Source of the DNA: Squalus acanthias | Taxonomy: Eukaryota | Direction of reading: 5' to 3' | Assembly (NCBI GenBank): GCA_030390025.1 | Contig: CM059432.1 | Location: 132,744,001 to 132,808,000, forward strand | DNA length: 64,000 nucleotides | Shown: piece after piece, positions 1 through 11,917 of the stretch | How positions within the stretch are numbered: the stretch's first letter is position 1 | How the letters are laid out: every line of letters begins with the position of its first letter | Translations under genes and position numbers: made by a program | Notes under the pieces: model-generated | The model's input: only the letters and a program-made list of their open reading frames with translations | Database searches by the model: none | What the model was told of the DNA's origin: nothing

Positions 1-215
1 GGTGATATATTTCCAAGTCAGGATGGTGTGTGACTTGGAGGGGAACTTGGAGGTGGTGGTGTTCCCATGCGCTTGCTGCCCTTGTCCTTCTAGGCGGTAG
101 AGGTCGTGGGTTTGGGAGGTGCTGCCGAAGAAGCCTTGGCGAGTTGCTGCAGTGCATCTTGTAGATGGTATACACTGCAGCCACGGTACGCCAGTGGTGG
201 AGGGAGTGAATGTTT
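1..215 (-). mobile_element. Fragment of CR1/L2-group LINE, 'family B' (ORF2 C-terminal part)
   Basis: Nearly identical to 49980-50190 and to the reverse complement of 8660-8870. Confidence 0.85.
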
Positions 216-298
216 AATCTTTATTATTGAATCTCCTGGAGGCTTTGTTTTAAGACTGAGTTTTATTTTTATTTCCCTCTCTCTCTAGGTATATATTG

Positions 299-473
299 TT
301 CTTCTTCTTAGGCAGTCCCTCGGAACCGAGGATGACTTGCTTCCACATTAAAAATGAGTTCGCAGGTGACTGATGAGTCCAATGCGGGACCTACAGTCTC
401 TGTCACAGGTGGAGCAGACGGTGGTTGAAGGGGCAGGTGGGTGGGGTGCTTAGGTTGACGTGCGCTCCTTGCG
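299..473 (-). mobile_element. 3' end of an RTE-clade LINE
   Basis: Minus strand encodes ...TTVCSTCDRDCRSRIGLISHLRTHF* (RTE ORF2 C-terminal C2H2 motif), then a short UTR and a (GAA)n tail; sits in TA-rich sequence. Confidence 0.85.
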
Positions 474-569
474 TTATATATATATATCTTAGTAGTAGAT
501 ATATATTAGTGCAATCCTTGCTGGAAGTGCATTGAAAACACTAATAAATAACACACAAAGAATAAAATA

Positions 570-928
570 ACTTGTTTTTATATAGTCCCGTTCACTTCCT
601 CAGAACTTGCAAAAGTGCTTCACAGCCAATGAATTATTTTTGAAATATAGTCACTGCTGTTTGGTAGCCACATGAGACAACCAATTTACACACAGCATGG
701 TCCTACAAACAGCAATGAGATGAATGACCAGATAATTTGTTTTTGGCGGTGTTGGTTGAGCTATATGTTTTGGCCAGGAAACCGAGAGAGCTCTTTACTC
801 TTCTTCCAGTAGTTTTATCTTTTATGACCACCTAAACAGACAGATAGGACCTCAGTTGAAAATCTCCTCCAAAAGACTGCACCTTCTATCAACACAGCCT
901 TACTGCACTGAAGTGTCAACCTAGATTG
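570..928 (-). mobile_element. Old SacSINE1-like (DeuSINE) copy
   Basis: Diverged match to the cleaner copies at 38790-39231 and 58470-58872. Confidence 0.75.
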
Positions 929-1716
929 TAACGGCAAATCCTTAAAAAAAACATTTTCTTGTAACAAATACAGTTCATTGCAAGAATCTTAATTTGATGT
1001 CATTAACCAAGATGATGAGTACACTAAGCACTCTTAGTCAAGAGTTTAATTTTTATGTATCGCTTTATCTGATGTACCTCTCATTTGGTGCAGTTCTTTG
1101 TGGCTCTAGGTCTTGTGTATCAGTGTCTATAATTCACTTGGCCAACAAAGCCACCGACTGGAGTTGAAGTTTCCTCGCTTGGAATCGCTTTTCTCTTTCC
1201 CCTTCTCTCTCTTTCTGCAATCTCCAAGAACAGATTCACCTGTGATTGTGTTCATTTATAAGAGCATCCAAAAAACAAAATTGAACCCAGAGGCTGGTAA
1301 ACTATAAAGATGCTGATCGTAGTTTATCAGATCTCAGCAGAAATGAACTGTGCTTTAGGGCATGCTAAGTCTGAGATAGCAGCGAAGAATGATGACTTTG
1401 TACACTTAATTTCAAACACATTGGTTCAAATGAATGCTGAATGATGTATCAAAGTGACACACATTTATATTACACGAAGTGAATTTTTGTAAGGTATTTT
1501 TTTTCTCGCATTCTATGATATACTGTTTACTCAAGTAATCTGTTTTGTGTCGCTGTCAAGGAGCATTTTTAGATATTTTATGAACACAAGCTCCCTGGAA
1601 TTTCCACAGCAGAGAAACAGGCTTGAACTAAAATCACGTTCTTATATATTGGCTCTGAAAGTTATGTTCCTTAAAAGTCATTGCCCCCAAAATTCCACAT
1701 CGTTTTTGGCATTTCT

Positions 1717-3800
1717 GGGGCCAAAAATCAGGGCCAATTGTTTTCCTGGCTAGTAAATTGGGGCCTGAATTTGCGGTCATGATTTGGCCCTTCCCGTTAT
1801 CTGTTTGCCGGGTTCCCCTGCACCTGATTTAGATAGATATATTAAAATGAGCCCCGAGTGTCTGGAAGTTACACTCGCAATGCGCTTGGGTAAGTTAGAA
1901 TGGGAAATATAAGGTGCAGCTGTTGCCAGAGGTGAGGAGCATTTGAGCCTGAAAACTGCTTTATTCCAGCTGTCAACATCCTAGTAGGCCCTGGATCTGT
2001 CCCTGCTGAGCAGCAGGTAGGCTGGCCTAATGACAGCTATCAGATTTTCAAAGCCCTGAGAGACAGCAGCCTGCATCCCTCAGCATCTAAAATCCAATTC
2101 AACGGATGTTGTCTAATCTGTCTCTTACTGCCACCAGAGCTGCAGTTTGTGAAGGAGGAGGGAATGACCTCCTAGGTGGGGGCTGCTGCAGATTCTGTGA
2201 AAGCTGCCACATGCTCCATTGACGTCTGCAATGAAGAAAAAGCTTCCCTGATGTTGCTACAAATGAGGACTGCAGGCTTCAGAGTCATGGCTGTCAGTTG
2301 CTGTGCATCCTTGGAGACTGACCCCAGTGCCTGCATGTAGATATGATGCTCGCTCAATAACCTTCTTTTCAGGTGAGTGCCCATGAGCTCTGGGTCCCAC
2401 AACTCCGAATCCGTGGACCACCCTCTCCTCGGAAGGTGGCACATTCTCCCGCTCAGTGAATCACCTCATCTTCCTCATCCTCACTAACACCGGTGAAAAT
2501 GTGAGATAGAGGCCGCGATTTTGTCAGCGCTCAGAGAGGCGGGTCAGAGGTTAAAGTGCAATTGATTGACGGCGGGTCCCGTACCCGCCTCCGAACAGCT
2601 TTCCCAAGTGTCGGGTCCCCGGTTTGCGAATGGACCCGACACCTAGCGGCAGGAAAAGGATTAAAGGCAATTACCTGCCTATTAACAGGTACTTGTCAGT
2701 AGTTTTCAGCCTGTTTTGGGATTTTCCCGCTTCTGGGTCGGGTTTCCCGACGTACGGACACCACACCAGGTAAGTGTGGCGTGTTGTGAGTCTGGTGTAA
2801 TGTTTGTGAAAAGATGACAGCTGCAGAAGTGGTGTGAAGGATCCAATGTTGCACATGGTGAGTTTCAGAGCAAAGAAAATGTTGGTTACTGCATTTTTAA
2901 AACATTTACGGATTTCTTTAGCTTACAAGTTTTTAAATCCAACTATATGTCCAGTGCCACCTCATTGGGAGAACCTCTCTCACCAGTGACAGATCGCTTA
3001 TGTCATCTCACCTGCAGCTGCCATCTATTCCAGCATATGGAGGGAGTCATCGGAGAGCCTGGGTGCAAGAGTTCACCTTTGTGCAGTGATTGTCAGTGTT
3101 TTCAGCACCTCAATGCTGTCAAACACTGAGAAATCAACTGTCAAAATAAAATTGTGCATGGTTCCTTTAAGGAAACCGGCAGATGATGCGTCATCAAATG
3201 CCGTCATCAGACCCGCTTCCTGTTAATTGGCGGGCTTAACAAGGTCAATCAAGGAAAAATCACATCTGTGGAGCGGAGGCAGCTGGGGGTGAGACTGGAA
3301 GCCGGAAACCAGCTGTCCTGCACCCATCCCGACACCGCGGCCAGTATGTGGGAATAAAAATGATGAGATTTATGCTCCTGCAATGCCACTCAACCTCTCC
3401 GGCCCAGAAAGGGAACAATTGAAACTGTGGAGTCTCATTCCTACAGCTAGTAAATTGCTCCGAGAGGTTTTTTAAATTTAAAATTTAATTTTTTTCTTAC
3501 TTTTCCTTTCTGTCTCTTTTTTTCCTTTCCCTTAATCCAATCTATCTTTCCTTCTCCTTATTTCTCTTGCTGTATCTAATTTGACTCTAATTCACCCTAT
3601 TTCCTTCTCCACCATTCCTCTGTTTCTTTCTCTATCCATATTGGTTAGGGAGATAGACTGCTGGTCCCATCATACACTCAAGTCCCAGATGCCCAGTTAT
3701 CAGCTCACACTTACAGCAATTGGCGGTGCAGAACATTTTCGAGGGTGAGAAAAAAGTCTAATGAATGGGACAGATGCCCCGCTCCAGCAAATTCTGGGCC
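1717..3800. mobile_element. Degraded Harbinger-derived composite region
   Basis: GGGCC-type ends (gggcctgaatttgc at 1761; gcaaattctgggcc ending 3800); hosts the 2511-3342 element; internal boundaries unresolved. Confidence 0.4.
2511..3342. mobile_element. Non-autonomous Harbinger-type element, family D
   Basis: Ends ggccgcg...cgcggcc; body colinear with 15885-16764 (e.g. ccacctcattgggagaacctct, cagcacctcaatgctgtcaaaca). Confidence 0.75.
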
Positions 3801-4246
3801 AATGCCAAACAGCACAACATGCAACAGAGAGAAGCACCATTGTCTGAAATCAAATACATGACTACTGACCTTGATACTGTATGTCATAGGTTTTCCAACT
3901 GGGCTACCTGGTGCCATTGCATTTTTCAGCATTTGCTTTCCGTTGATGTATACTAATAAAATGTTGTCAGCAGTGATAGCAGCGCTTTGAGTCGCTGATG
4001 TTATCTTTTCGATGTTAGGACACAAGTAGGTCCCCAGGAATGTGTCACTATTTGCAAGGGGGTCCCTGGGAGTGGCCATAAGAACATAAGAAATAGGAGC
4101 AGGAGTAGGCCATTTGGCCCTTCGAGTCTGCTCCGCCATTCAATAAGATCGTGGCTGATTTTCTTCCTCATCTCCACTTTCCTGCACTATCCCCATATCC
4201 CTTGATTCATTTAATATTCAAAAATCTATCGATCTCTGTCTTGAAT

Positions 4247-4545
4247 TTTGCTATCGTCTTTGATGTAATGTCTTCCTGGTTGGATTTGATTGCCGTGATT
4301 GTCTCTCTGCCGAGGTGTGATAAAGGGCAGTCAGAAAGATTAACTGTAGTCGTCTGGCATTGTTCTCTGCACAGGCATTGATCTCTGTCTATATATGCTG
4401 TGCCCATTTGTATTTCTTCACTTCACCTGACGAAGGAGCAGCCGCTCCGAAAGCTTGTGATTTCAAATAAAACTGTTGGACTATAACCTGGTGTTGTGCG
4501 ACTTCTCACTTTTGTCCACCCCAGTCCAACACCGGCATCTCCGCA
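4247..4545 (+). mobile_element. Penelope-like element 3' repeat (pLTR), family P2
   Basis: Flanked by 8-bp duplication tcttgaat (4239-4246 / 4546-4553); homologous to 44190-44485; contains hammerhead motif. Confidence 0.8.
4423..4460 (+). ncRNA. Minimal type-I hammerhead ribozyme motif
   Basis: TCAC-CTGACGA-A-GGAGC(agcc)GCTCC-GAAA-GC-TT-GTGA: stem I, catalytic core, stem II, palindromic AGCT in place of stem III. Confidence 0.7.
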
Positions 4546-5799
4546 TCTTGAATATACTCAACGACTGAGCCTCCACTGTTTTTGGCTCACTTTTGCTTTT
4601 GTAACCCAACTTCGGTGCAACAGGCCTCGGCCTCCCTGCAGATCAGTAGCAGCGACAAACATGATAGTAATCCAATCAATTCTGCTGCCGTTCCATGGGC
4701 TAACATGTGTAATGAGGTCAGAGTGCAAGTGGGTTGGAAGGAGCAAGTTGCATTCTGCTCAGTTGCCTGGCAGGCTAGGAGCAGATCACTTGAACTTCAC
4801 CTGAAATTTAAACTTAACAATAATGTCCAACAAAAAAAAGGACGCTGAGAATAATGGATACTTGAATGTTGATAAAAAGAATCTTGTTAAGAGTTTCAGA
4901 TAATGACATAAACTACAAGAGAAAAGCCAGGAACGAACTCTGTGATGAGCAGACGCTGCCTTGAAATCACGTGCGTGTGCGTGTGCGTGTGTATGCATGC
5001 GTGTGGTTTACAGGGATGGTTTTATTTCTGTTTTGCTGGCAATGGCTGGCATGTAGGATGCAATACGTTCTGCCAGTGATTTGTGATCATTACCTATCAA
5101 TCATTAATCCTATTTGAACATCACAGGTTTTTTTTGAGCAATAATCAATTGTTATTTACCAGGCACAGTACAAATAATATACAGTAATTAGTATGGGTAA
5201 TATATTTGGAGTGCCACATTATAAATGGTAAAATAGCTAATTTCACCAAGAGTGGCAATAGAGAAATATTGCTCCATTGAGAAATCATGAATTTACATAG
5301 TTCATTCCTGAATTGAAATCCTTCACGTGGGGCTTTGAACGGTGTGTGCGGCTGTGTTGTCCAGAGCTCATTTGTAAGATCATATTTTTTCCCACTACGC
5401 GAATGACAGCATTTTGCCCGTGTTCTTCTTGCCCTGGTGACTGTTATTGACAGGTTACTTAGTAAAAACGGTCCCATGTGGCATACATTATCCAGAGTAC
5501 TGGGTTACAAAATACTCTTGCAATGTTGCAATCAAGTACTTTGACTAATGTGTTCCACCTGGGACCATTTTTATTGAAACGTGTCCAAAACCGAAGCAAA
5601 AATAAGAAAAATGTTGCTGCTCATGTGGTAAATAAAGGTAATGTTACAAACTGGATCTCTCTCTCTCTCACACATGGCCATTCCCATAGTGGGTGGAGGG
5701 TTCCCCTTGCGAGTGACAAAAAGCTGACATTTATCATTTATAAGTAGAGCCAGGTTCGAGATTTATCATGACTTTTCTTTCGCCGTAATTCAGATTGCA

Positions 5800-6095
5800 G
5801 CAACATGCATTTATATAGTGCCTTTAATGTAGAAAAATGTCAGAAGTAGAATCAGATAAAAATTGACAGCGAGTCAAAAGAGGAGATAGTAAGAAGGATG
5901 ACTTCTTACTATCTCCTCGGCCAAAGGGGTAGGTTTTAAGGAGGGTCTAGAAGAAGGAGAGGGAGATGGTGAGGCGGAGGGGTTTAGGGAGGGAATTCCG
6001 GAGCAGGTGTAGAGGGATGAAGGCACGGCTACCAATGGTGGGGAGAAGGAAGTGGGGGGTTGCACAGAAGGCCAGAGTTGGAGGAATACAGAGTT
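5800..6095 (-). mobile_element. Old L2 LINE 3' fragment
   Basis: Diverged match to L2 copies at 26897-27485 and 35336-36298. Confidence 0.75.
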
Positions 6096-6777
6096 ATTAA
6101 TTAGCAGTCTAATTTATCCTGTGGTTTATAATATTTATCCAATGATTAGAACGCTGAAAAGACCTTGAAGTGATAATAGCAATACTACATTAGTGCTGTC
6201 CCATCCCTTTCTTAAAACTTTCCTCCTCAAAAACCATAGATTGCAGCTGATATAACTTTTGTGTTTGTGCTGCAAAATATGCTACCAAAGTAATGGTATA
6301 GCACTGCGAAGGCCTTTTCAGCAGGTTTTCAGCTTAAGAAAGACAGTATGCTGGCACCTTGTATGTCTGAATGCCAGCTGATGACCTAACATAGCTGGTG
6401 AATGCATCATCTGGGAGCTAAATGTTCTAACCCATTTTGCCATATGATCTTCCCATTTTTTGAACTTCAAGTTTAAGAATGAGCCGGTATTTTGAACTTT
6501 GGCCATCAAAACTCACCCACCTCCAGTTAATAGCAGGGCCCATGTCTTAAAGAGCAAGAATTTCAGTTATTTCATGGTTTTTTTTTCTGACTAGAAACCT
6601 GAAATTCACAGGCAGCTACAATTGCTTGGGTTTGCCTACTTAGACCACCTCCCTATAGGCAGTGTGTGAGTGGTGGCCTCAAAGTGATGACCAGGCTAAC
6701 AAGTAGCTCTTGGTTGGCAGCTAATCATTACAACTGTGCTTAAGATCCCAACCCAAGCTACCCATATTGGGCTGATA

Positions 6778-8277
6778 AATTCTTCCAAAATTCTATAGAT
6801 CATGGAACAGTTCCTGCAGATTGGAGGGTGGCAAATGTAACCCCACTATTTAAAAAAGGCGGGAGAGAGAAAACAGGGAACTACAGACCGGTTAGCCTAA
6901 CATCAGTAGTAGGGAAAATGCTAGAGTCTATTATAAAGGATATGATAACAGGACACTTAGAAAATATCAACGGGATTAGACAAAGTCAACATGGATTTAT
7001 GAAAGGGAAATCGTGTTTGACAAACCTACTGGAGTTTTTTAAGGATGTAACTGGTAGAATAGATAAGGGAGAACCAGTGGATGTGGTGTATTTGGATTTT
7101 CAGAAGGCCTTTGATAAAGTCCCACATAAGAGGTTAGTGTGCAAAATTAAAGCACATGGGATTGGGGGTAATATACTGGCATGGATTGAAAATTGGTTAA
7201 CAGACAGGAAACAGAGAGCATGAATAAATGAGTCTTTTTTGGAGTGGCAGGCGGTGACTAGTGGGGTACCGCAGGGATTAGTGCTTGAGCCCCAGCTATT
7301 CACAATATATCTCAATGATTTGGATGAGGGAACCAAATGTAATATTTCCAAGTTTGCTGATGACACAAAACTAGGTGGGATTGTGAGTTGTGAGGAGGAT
7401 GCAAAGAGGCTTCAAGGTGATTTAGACAAGTTGAGTGAGTGGGCAAATACATGGCAGATGCAGTATAACGTGGATAAATGTGAAGTTATCCACTTTGATA
7501 GGAAAAACAGAAAGGCAGAGTATTATTTAAATGGTGATAGATTGGGAAATGTTGATGTACAGAGGGACCTGGGTGTTCTTGTACACCAGTCACTGAAAGC
7601 AAACATGCAGGTGCAGCAAGCAGTTAGGAAGGCAAATGGTATGTTGGCCTTCATTGCAAGAGGATTTGAGTACAGGAGCAAGGATATCTTACTACAGTTA
7701 TACAGGGCCTTGGTGAGACCACACCTGTGTGCAGTTTTGGTCTCCTTACCTAAGAAAGGATATACTTACCATAGAGGGAGTGCAGCGAAGGTTCACCAGA
7801 CTGATTCCTGGGATGGCAGGACTGTCATATGAGGAGAGATTGGGTCGACTAGGCCTGTATTCACTAGAGTTTAGAAGAATGAAAGGGGGGTCTCATTGAA
7901 ACGTATACAATTCTGACAGGGCTAGACAGACTGGATGCAGGGAGGGTGTTTCCCCTGGCTGGGGGGTCTAGAAAGAGGGGTCACAGTCTCAGGATACGGG
8001 GTAGGACATTTAGGACTGAGATGAGGAGAAATTTCTTCACTCAGAGGGTGGTGAACCTGTGGAATTCTCTACCACAGAAGGCTGTGGAGGCCAAGTCACT
8101 GAATATATTTAAGAAGGAGATAGATAGATTTCTAGACACAAAAGGCATCAAGGGGTATGGGGAGAGAGCAGGAATATGGTATTGAGATAGAGGAATAGCC
8201 ATGATCATATTGAATGGCGGAGCAGGCTCGAAGGGCTGAATGGCCTACTCCTGCTCCTATTTTTCTATGTTTCTATG
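6778..8277 (+). mobile_element. 5'-truncated CR1 (HER1-like) LINE with broken RT
   Basis: ORFs contain NYRPVSLTS, YLDFQKAFDKVPH, GVPQG, KFADDTKL; stop and frameshifts; (tttctatg)n tail. Confidence 0.95.
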
Positions 8278-9066
8278 GAAGTGACAAGTATCCTTCGCGC
8301 GACACAAGTGCCAGGCAATGACCATCTCCAACAAGAGAAAGTCTAACCACCGCCCCTTGACATTCAATGGCATTACCATCATCGAATCCCCCACCATCAA
8401 CCACCTGGGGGGTCACCATTTAACTGGACCAGCCACATAAATACTGTGGCTGCAAGAGCAGGTCAGAGGCTGGGTATTCTGCAGCAGGTGACTCAACTCC
8501 TGACTCCCCCAAAGCCTTTCCACCACTTACAATGCACAAGTCAGGAGTGTGATGGAATACTACACTTGCCTGGATGAGTGCAGCTCCAACAACACTCAAG
8601 AAGCTCGACACCATCCAGGACAAAGCAGCCCACTTGATTGGCACCCCATCCACCACCTTAAACATTCACTCCCTCCACCACCGGCATACCGTGGCTGCAG
8701 TGTGTACCATCTACAAGATGCACTGCAGCAACTCGCCAAGGCTTTTTCGGCAGCACCTCCCAAACCCACGACCTCTACCACCTAGAAGGACCAGGGCAGC
8801 AGGCACATGGGAACACCACCACCTCCAAGTTCCCCTCGAAGTCATACAACATCCTGACTTAGAAGTATATCGCCGTTTCTTCAGCGTTGCTGGGTCAAAA
8901 TCTTGGAACTCCCTCCCGAACAGCACTGTGGGAGTACCTTCACCACACAGACTGCAGCGGTTCAAGAAGGCAGCTCACCACCACCTTCTCAAGGGCAATT
9001 AGGGATGGGCAATTAATACTGGCCTTGCCAGTGACGCCCACATCCCATGAATGAATATAAAAAAAG
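8278..9066 (+). mobile_element. LINE family B 3' portion
   Basis: ORF ending ...SKSWNSLPNSTVGVPSPHRLQRFKKAAHHHLLKGN*, 3' UTR ...gacgcccacatcccatgaatgaa plus A-tail; several copies in window. Confidence 0.9.
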
Positions 9067-9419
9067 AGCAATGCCATGGGAAAGCAGCTAAATTATTCAA
9101 AGAACTGTCAAGGACTGTAATGATATTGTTTATTCACTAGGAACAGTATTGCTCAGTTCAGAGCTTGTCTGAATGTCTTTGGCTGTTGAATAAAGATGTT
9201 GAGAATGGCAATCTGAGTAAGTGTGGATCAAGAGCATTTCAGAATTAGACTTGACTACTGCATGCTTTTTAGAATAAGTGAAACTGTGAACGATCATGGT
9301 TAATAGGATACACACAAGACCACAGCTATGCTCTCTACAAGTTTTCTGGGTTCTGATTGCTATCCAATACCACACCACATACCTCCTTCTCCATCTGATT
9401 ATTTTGGGTCAAATAAATA

Positions 9420-9665
9420 AGAATGAAAGACTTGCATTTCTATAGCGCCTTTCATGACCACAGGACGTCCCAAAGCTCTTCACAGCCAATGAAATATTTT
9501 TGAAGTGTAGTCACATTGTTGTAATGTAGGAAACATGGCAAGCAATTTGTGCACAGCAAGCTCCCACAAGCAGCAATGTGATAATGACCAAATAATCTGT
9601 TTTTGTGATGTTGATTGAGGGATAAATATTGGCCAAGACACCGGGGAGAACTCCCCTGCTCCAAA
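9420..9665 (-). mobile_element. SacSINE1-like 3' half
   Basis: Matches 38790-39020 and 58480-58712. Confidence 0.85.
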
Positions 9666-9725
9666 TAGCACAACTACCTTAGTTGGCATCTTAGCATTGG
9701 GTCAGAAAATACATTGGAAAATATA

Positions 9726-9912
9726 GGGGGTATTTTTAACTGAAGACGCCCAGTGGGAAACTGACAGGGTGGGATCAGCCACCCATTTTACACTGCACCC
9801 AATCTTACTTTCCAATCACTTCAAGGGAAAATAGAATTGAACCGAGTGCAAAATGGATGCCCAATCTGATTCAGTCAGTATTTGACAGGCGGGCTAAGTT
9901 ACAATGACCCCC
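9726..9912. mobile_element. Short hairpin-like MITE (Harbinger/Tourist type)
   Basis: gggggtatttttaact ... agttacaatgaccccc with 3-bp TSD ATA; imperfectly palindromic throughout. Confidence 0.75.
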
Positions 9913-10119
9913 ATAGTATTTTTACTAGTGATGAGCACTGAATTAAAAATATAAGCCTCAATCAGTTGAAGAGCTGTAAAAAACAGAATCTGGTCCTAAT
10001 CCTAATAAAGAGGTGTCAGTGGCTTTGGATAAATGGTGGCTCAGTATCTTGATTTGGGTCACATTTTTTCTTACAGACTGAATAGCGCTCTGGTCAAACT
10101 TTCTGTACTATTTCCAATC

Positions 10120-10340
10120 AGAATCATAGGATCACAGAACAGTACAGCACAGAAGGAGGCTATTTGGCCCAGCGAGTCTGCGCCGGCTCTTTCGAAGAGC
10201 AATCCAGTTAGTTCCACTCCCCCGCTCTTTCCCCATATCCCTGCAATTTTTTTCTCCTTCAAGCATTTATCCAATTCCCTTTTGAAGGCTACTATTGAAT
10301 CTGTATCCACCACCCTATCAAGCAGTACATTCCAAATCCA
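10120..10340 (-). mobile_element. CR1 3' end
   Basis: Minus ORF ...WNVLLDRVVDTDSIVAFKRELDKCL; same family as 59765-60137 and 63470-63800. Confidence 0.85.
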
Positions 10341-10453
10341 CGCTGCCAATGTCCCTTATGGTCACCGAGAAACAAGAGAGACATTCTAATGCAGAGAAGG
10401 CTCATCCTTAGTCTCAGGGGATTTGAATTATGAGAAAAGATTGGAGACACTTG

Positions 10454-11315
10454 GGGGGAAAAATTCGGTTGCTTTGCACCGCCCGTTAGCGCCCTAAGAG
10501 GGTGCTAATGGGGCGCAAAGCAACTAGCGCCTGGGCGCAGGCGATGTTTGTGCCGCTCGCGAAATTGACCAGACATTTTGCAGCGGCGCTAAACACTACC
10601 GCCACGATCTCCTGCGCCCACAGATCGTGACGTCAGTCGAGCGTGCAACGCACCGGTAGCACCCCGGACCGGATATTGAGTGGTGCCCCCTGCCTTTCCG
10701 TCTGCCTCTAGCAACGACAGGTTGAGGGGAACGTTTTGCAGTCGGGAAGGGACTGGGGGAGCGTTATTTAAAGGCGGCCGCTTCCTGCCTTTTTTTGTCG
10801 GCGACATTTTTGCACCACGCATTCTGAGAGAGAGAGAGAGAGCGACTTCTGGAGAGATTCAATGCTGTGTGAAGGAGTTTTGGGTACTGAGCAGCACTTT
10901 GCAGGTTCATTGTGATTTGACCTTCCTTGCATCGATTTACAAGAGACTTTGGGGGCTGCACTCTGAGTTCTTTCCCTGGTTCTCTCCATTATTCTTTCCA
11001 GCAGAATCTCCAGGCCGAGATTCAAGGCTGCAATGAGCAGGGTGTGGATGGAGAGCAAGATCGACCCTCCCTTTTAAGAACTGGCCGGCGCCAGTGTGTC
11101 TGTGTTCCATTGCTGACTGACATCACATGAGCTTCGCCAACGCTCTGAGGTAGCGCCTCGCTCCTCGGTGTTAGCGCCTTATTTAGCGCTCCAATCACCT
11201 CCAGGGGCAATAGAAGCCAAGTTTGCAGTCGGAGGCAATAATTAGCGCCAGGCGCTAAACTTTGCGCCCGGCCAAAAATTGCGCCCCAAACAGGGCGATA
11301 CCGAATTTCTCCCCC
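10454..11315. mobile_element. Non-autonomous Harbinger element, family A
   Basis: TIR gggggaaaaattcgg / ccgaatttctccccc; 3-bp TSD TTG; splits an old CR1 fragment; inverted relative of 21700-22538. Confidence 0.9.
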
Positions 11316-11365
11316 TTGAGCTTTTCAGCCCAGAAAGGAGGTGTTTGAGAGGTGATCTTATAGAG

Positions 11366-11660
11366 GAGACCGGAAGGAGCGTACCTGGAGGGAGCACAGC
11401 GAGAGCGGAGCAGTTAAAAGGAGCAGTCCCGAGCGGCAGGAGCCTGAGACCGGAAGGAGCGGACCTGGAGGGAGCACAGCGAGAGCGGAGCAGTTAAAAG
11501 GAGCAGTCCCGAGCGGCAGGAGCCTGAGACCGGAAGGAGTGTACCTGGAGGGAGCACAGTGAGAGCGGAGCAGTTAAAAGGAGCAGTCCCGAGCGGCAGG
11601 AGCCTGAGACCGGAAGGAGCAGACCTGGAGGGAGCACAGCGAGAGCGGAGCAGTTAAAAG
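11366..11660 (+). repeat. 80-bp tandem repeat (about 3.7 units) in CR1 5' UTR
   Basis: Unit starting gagaccggaaggag recurs at 11366, 11446, 11526, 11606. Confidence 0.95.
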
Positions 11661-11917
11661 GTGCGGCAGCAACTCAACAGAGGCAGTTTTTGAAAAAGTG
11701 ACGTCAGAGTAAAAAAGTGACATCGGCATAAAGGAATCAGCTGATTGGTGAGTAGCTGGTGAGTGTATTATTTAAGTTTATAAGTTTATTTCTGCTAAGT
11801 TAGTTAATAGCCTATTAAATAGAGGGAAAGAGCTGATTGGTGAGTAGCTGGGGTGTGTTTTTGTTAAGTTTTAAGTTTATTTCTGCTGGGTTAGTTCTTA
11901 GTCTATTAAATAGAGGC

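Larger units (their letters stand above)
4079..4580 (-). mobile_element. CR1 (HER1-like) 3' end, split by a Penelope-like insertion
   Basis: Tail ataagaacataagaa plus CR1 3' UTR; sequence resumes after 4545 at a duplicated tcttgaat. Confidence 0.85.

Noticed and set aside
370..394. CTGATGA-GTCC...GGAC resembling a hammerhead
   Set aside because: No GAAA after stem II (ctac instead); it is the antisense of the RTE RIGLISH codons.
4600..4801. Minus-strand exon after tttaaatttcag acceptor
   Set aside because: All three frames hit stops within a few codons.
11366..11660. CRISPR-like periodicity
   Set aside because: Contiguous near-identical units without unique spacers, no cas genes, eukaryotic context.
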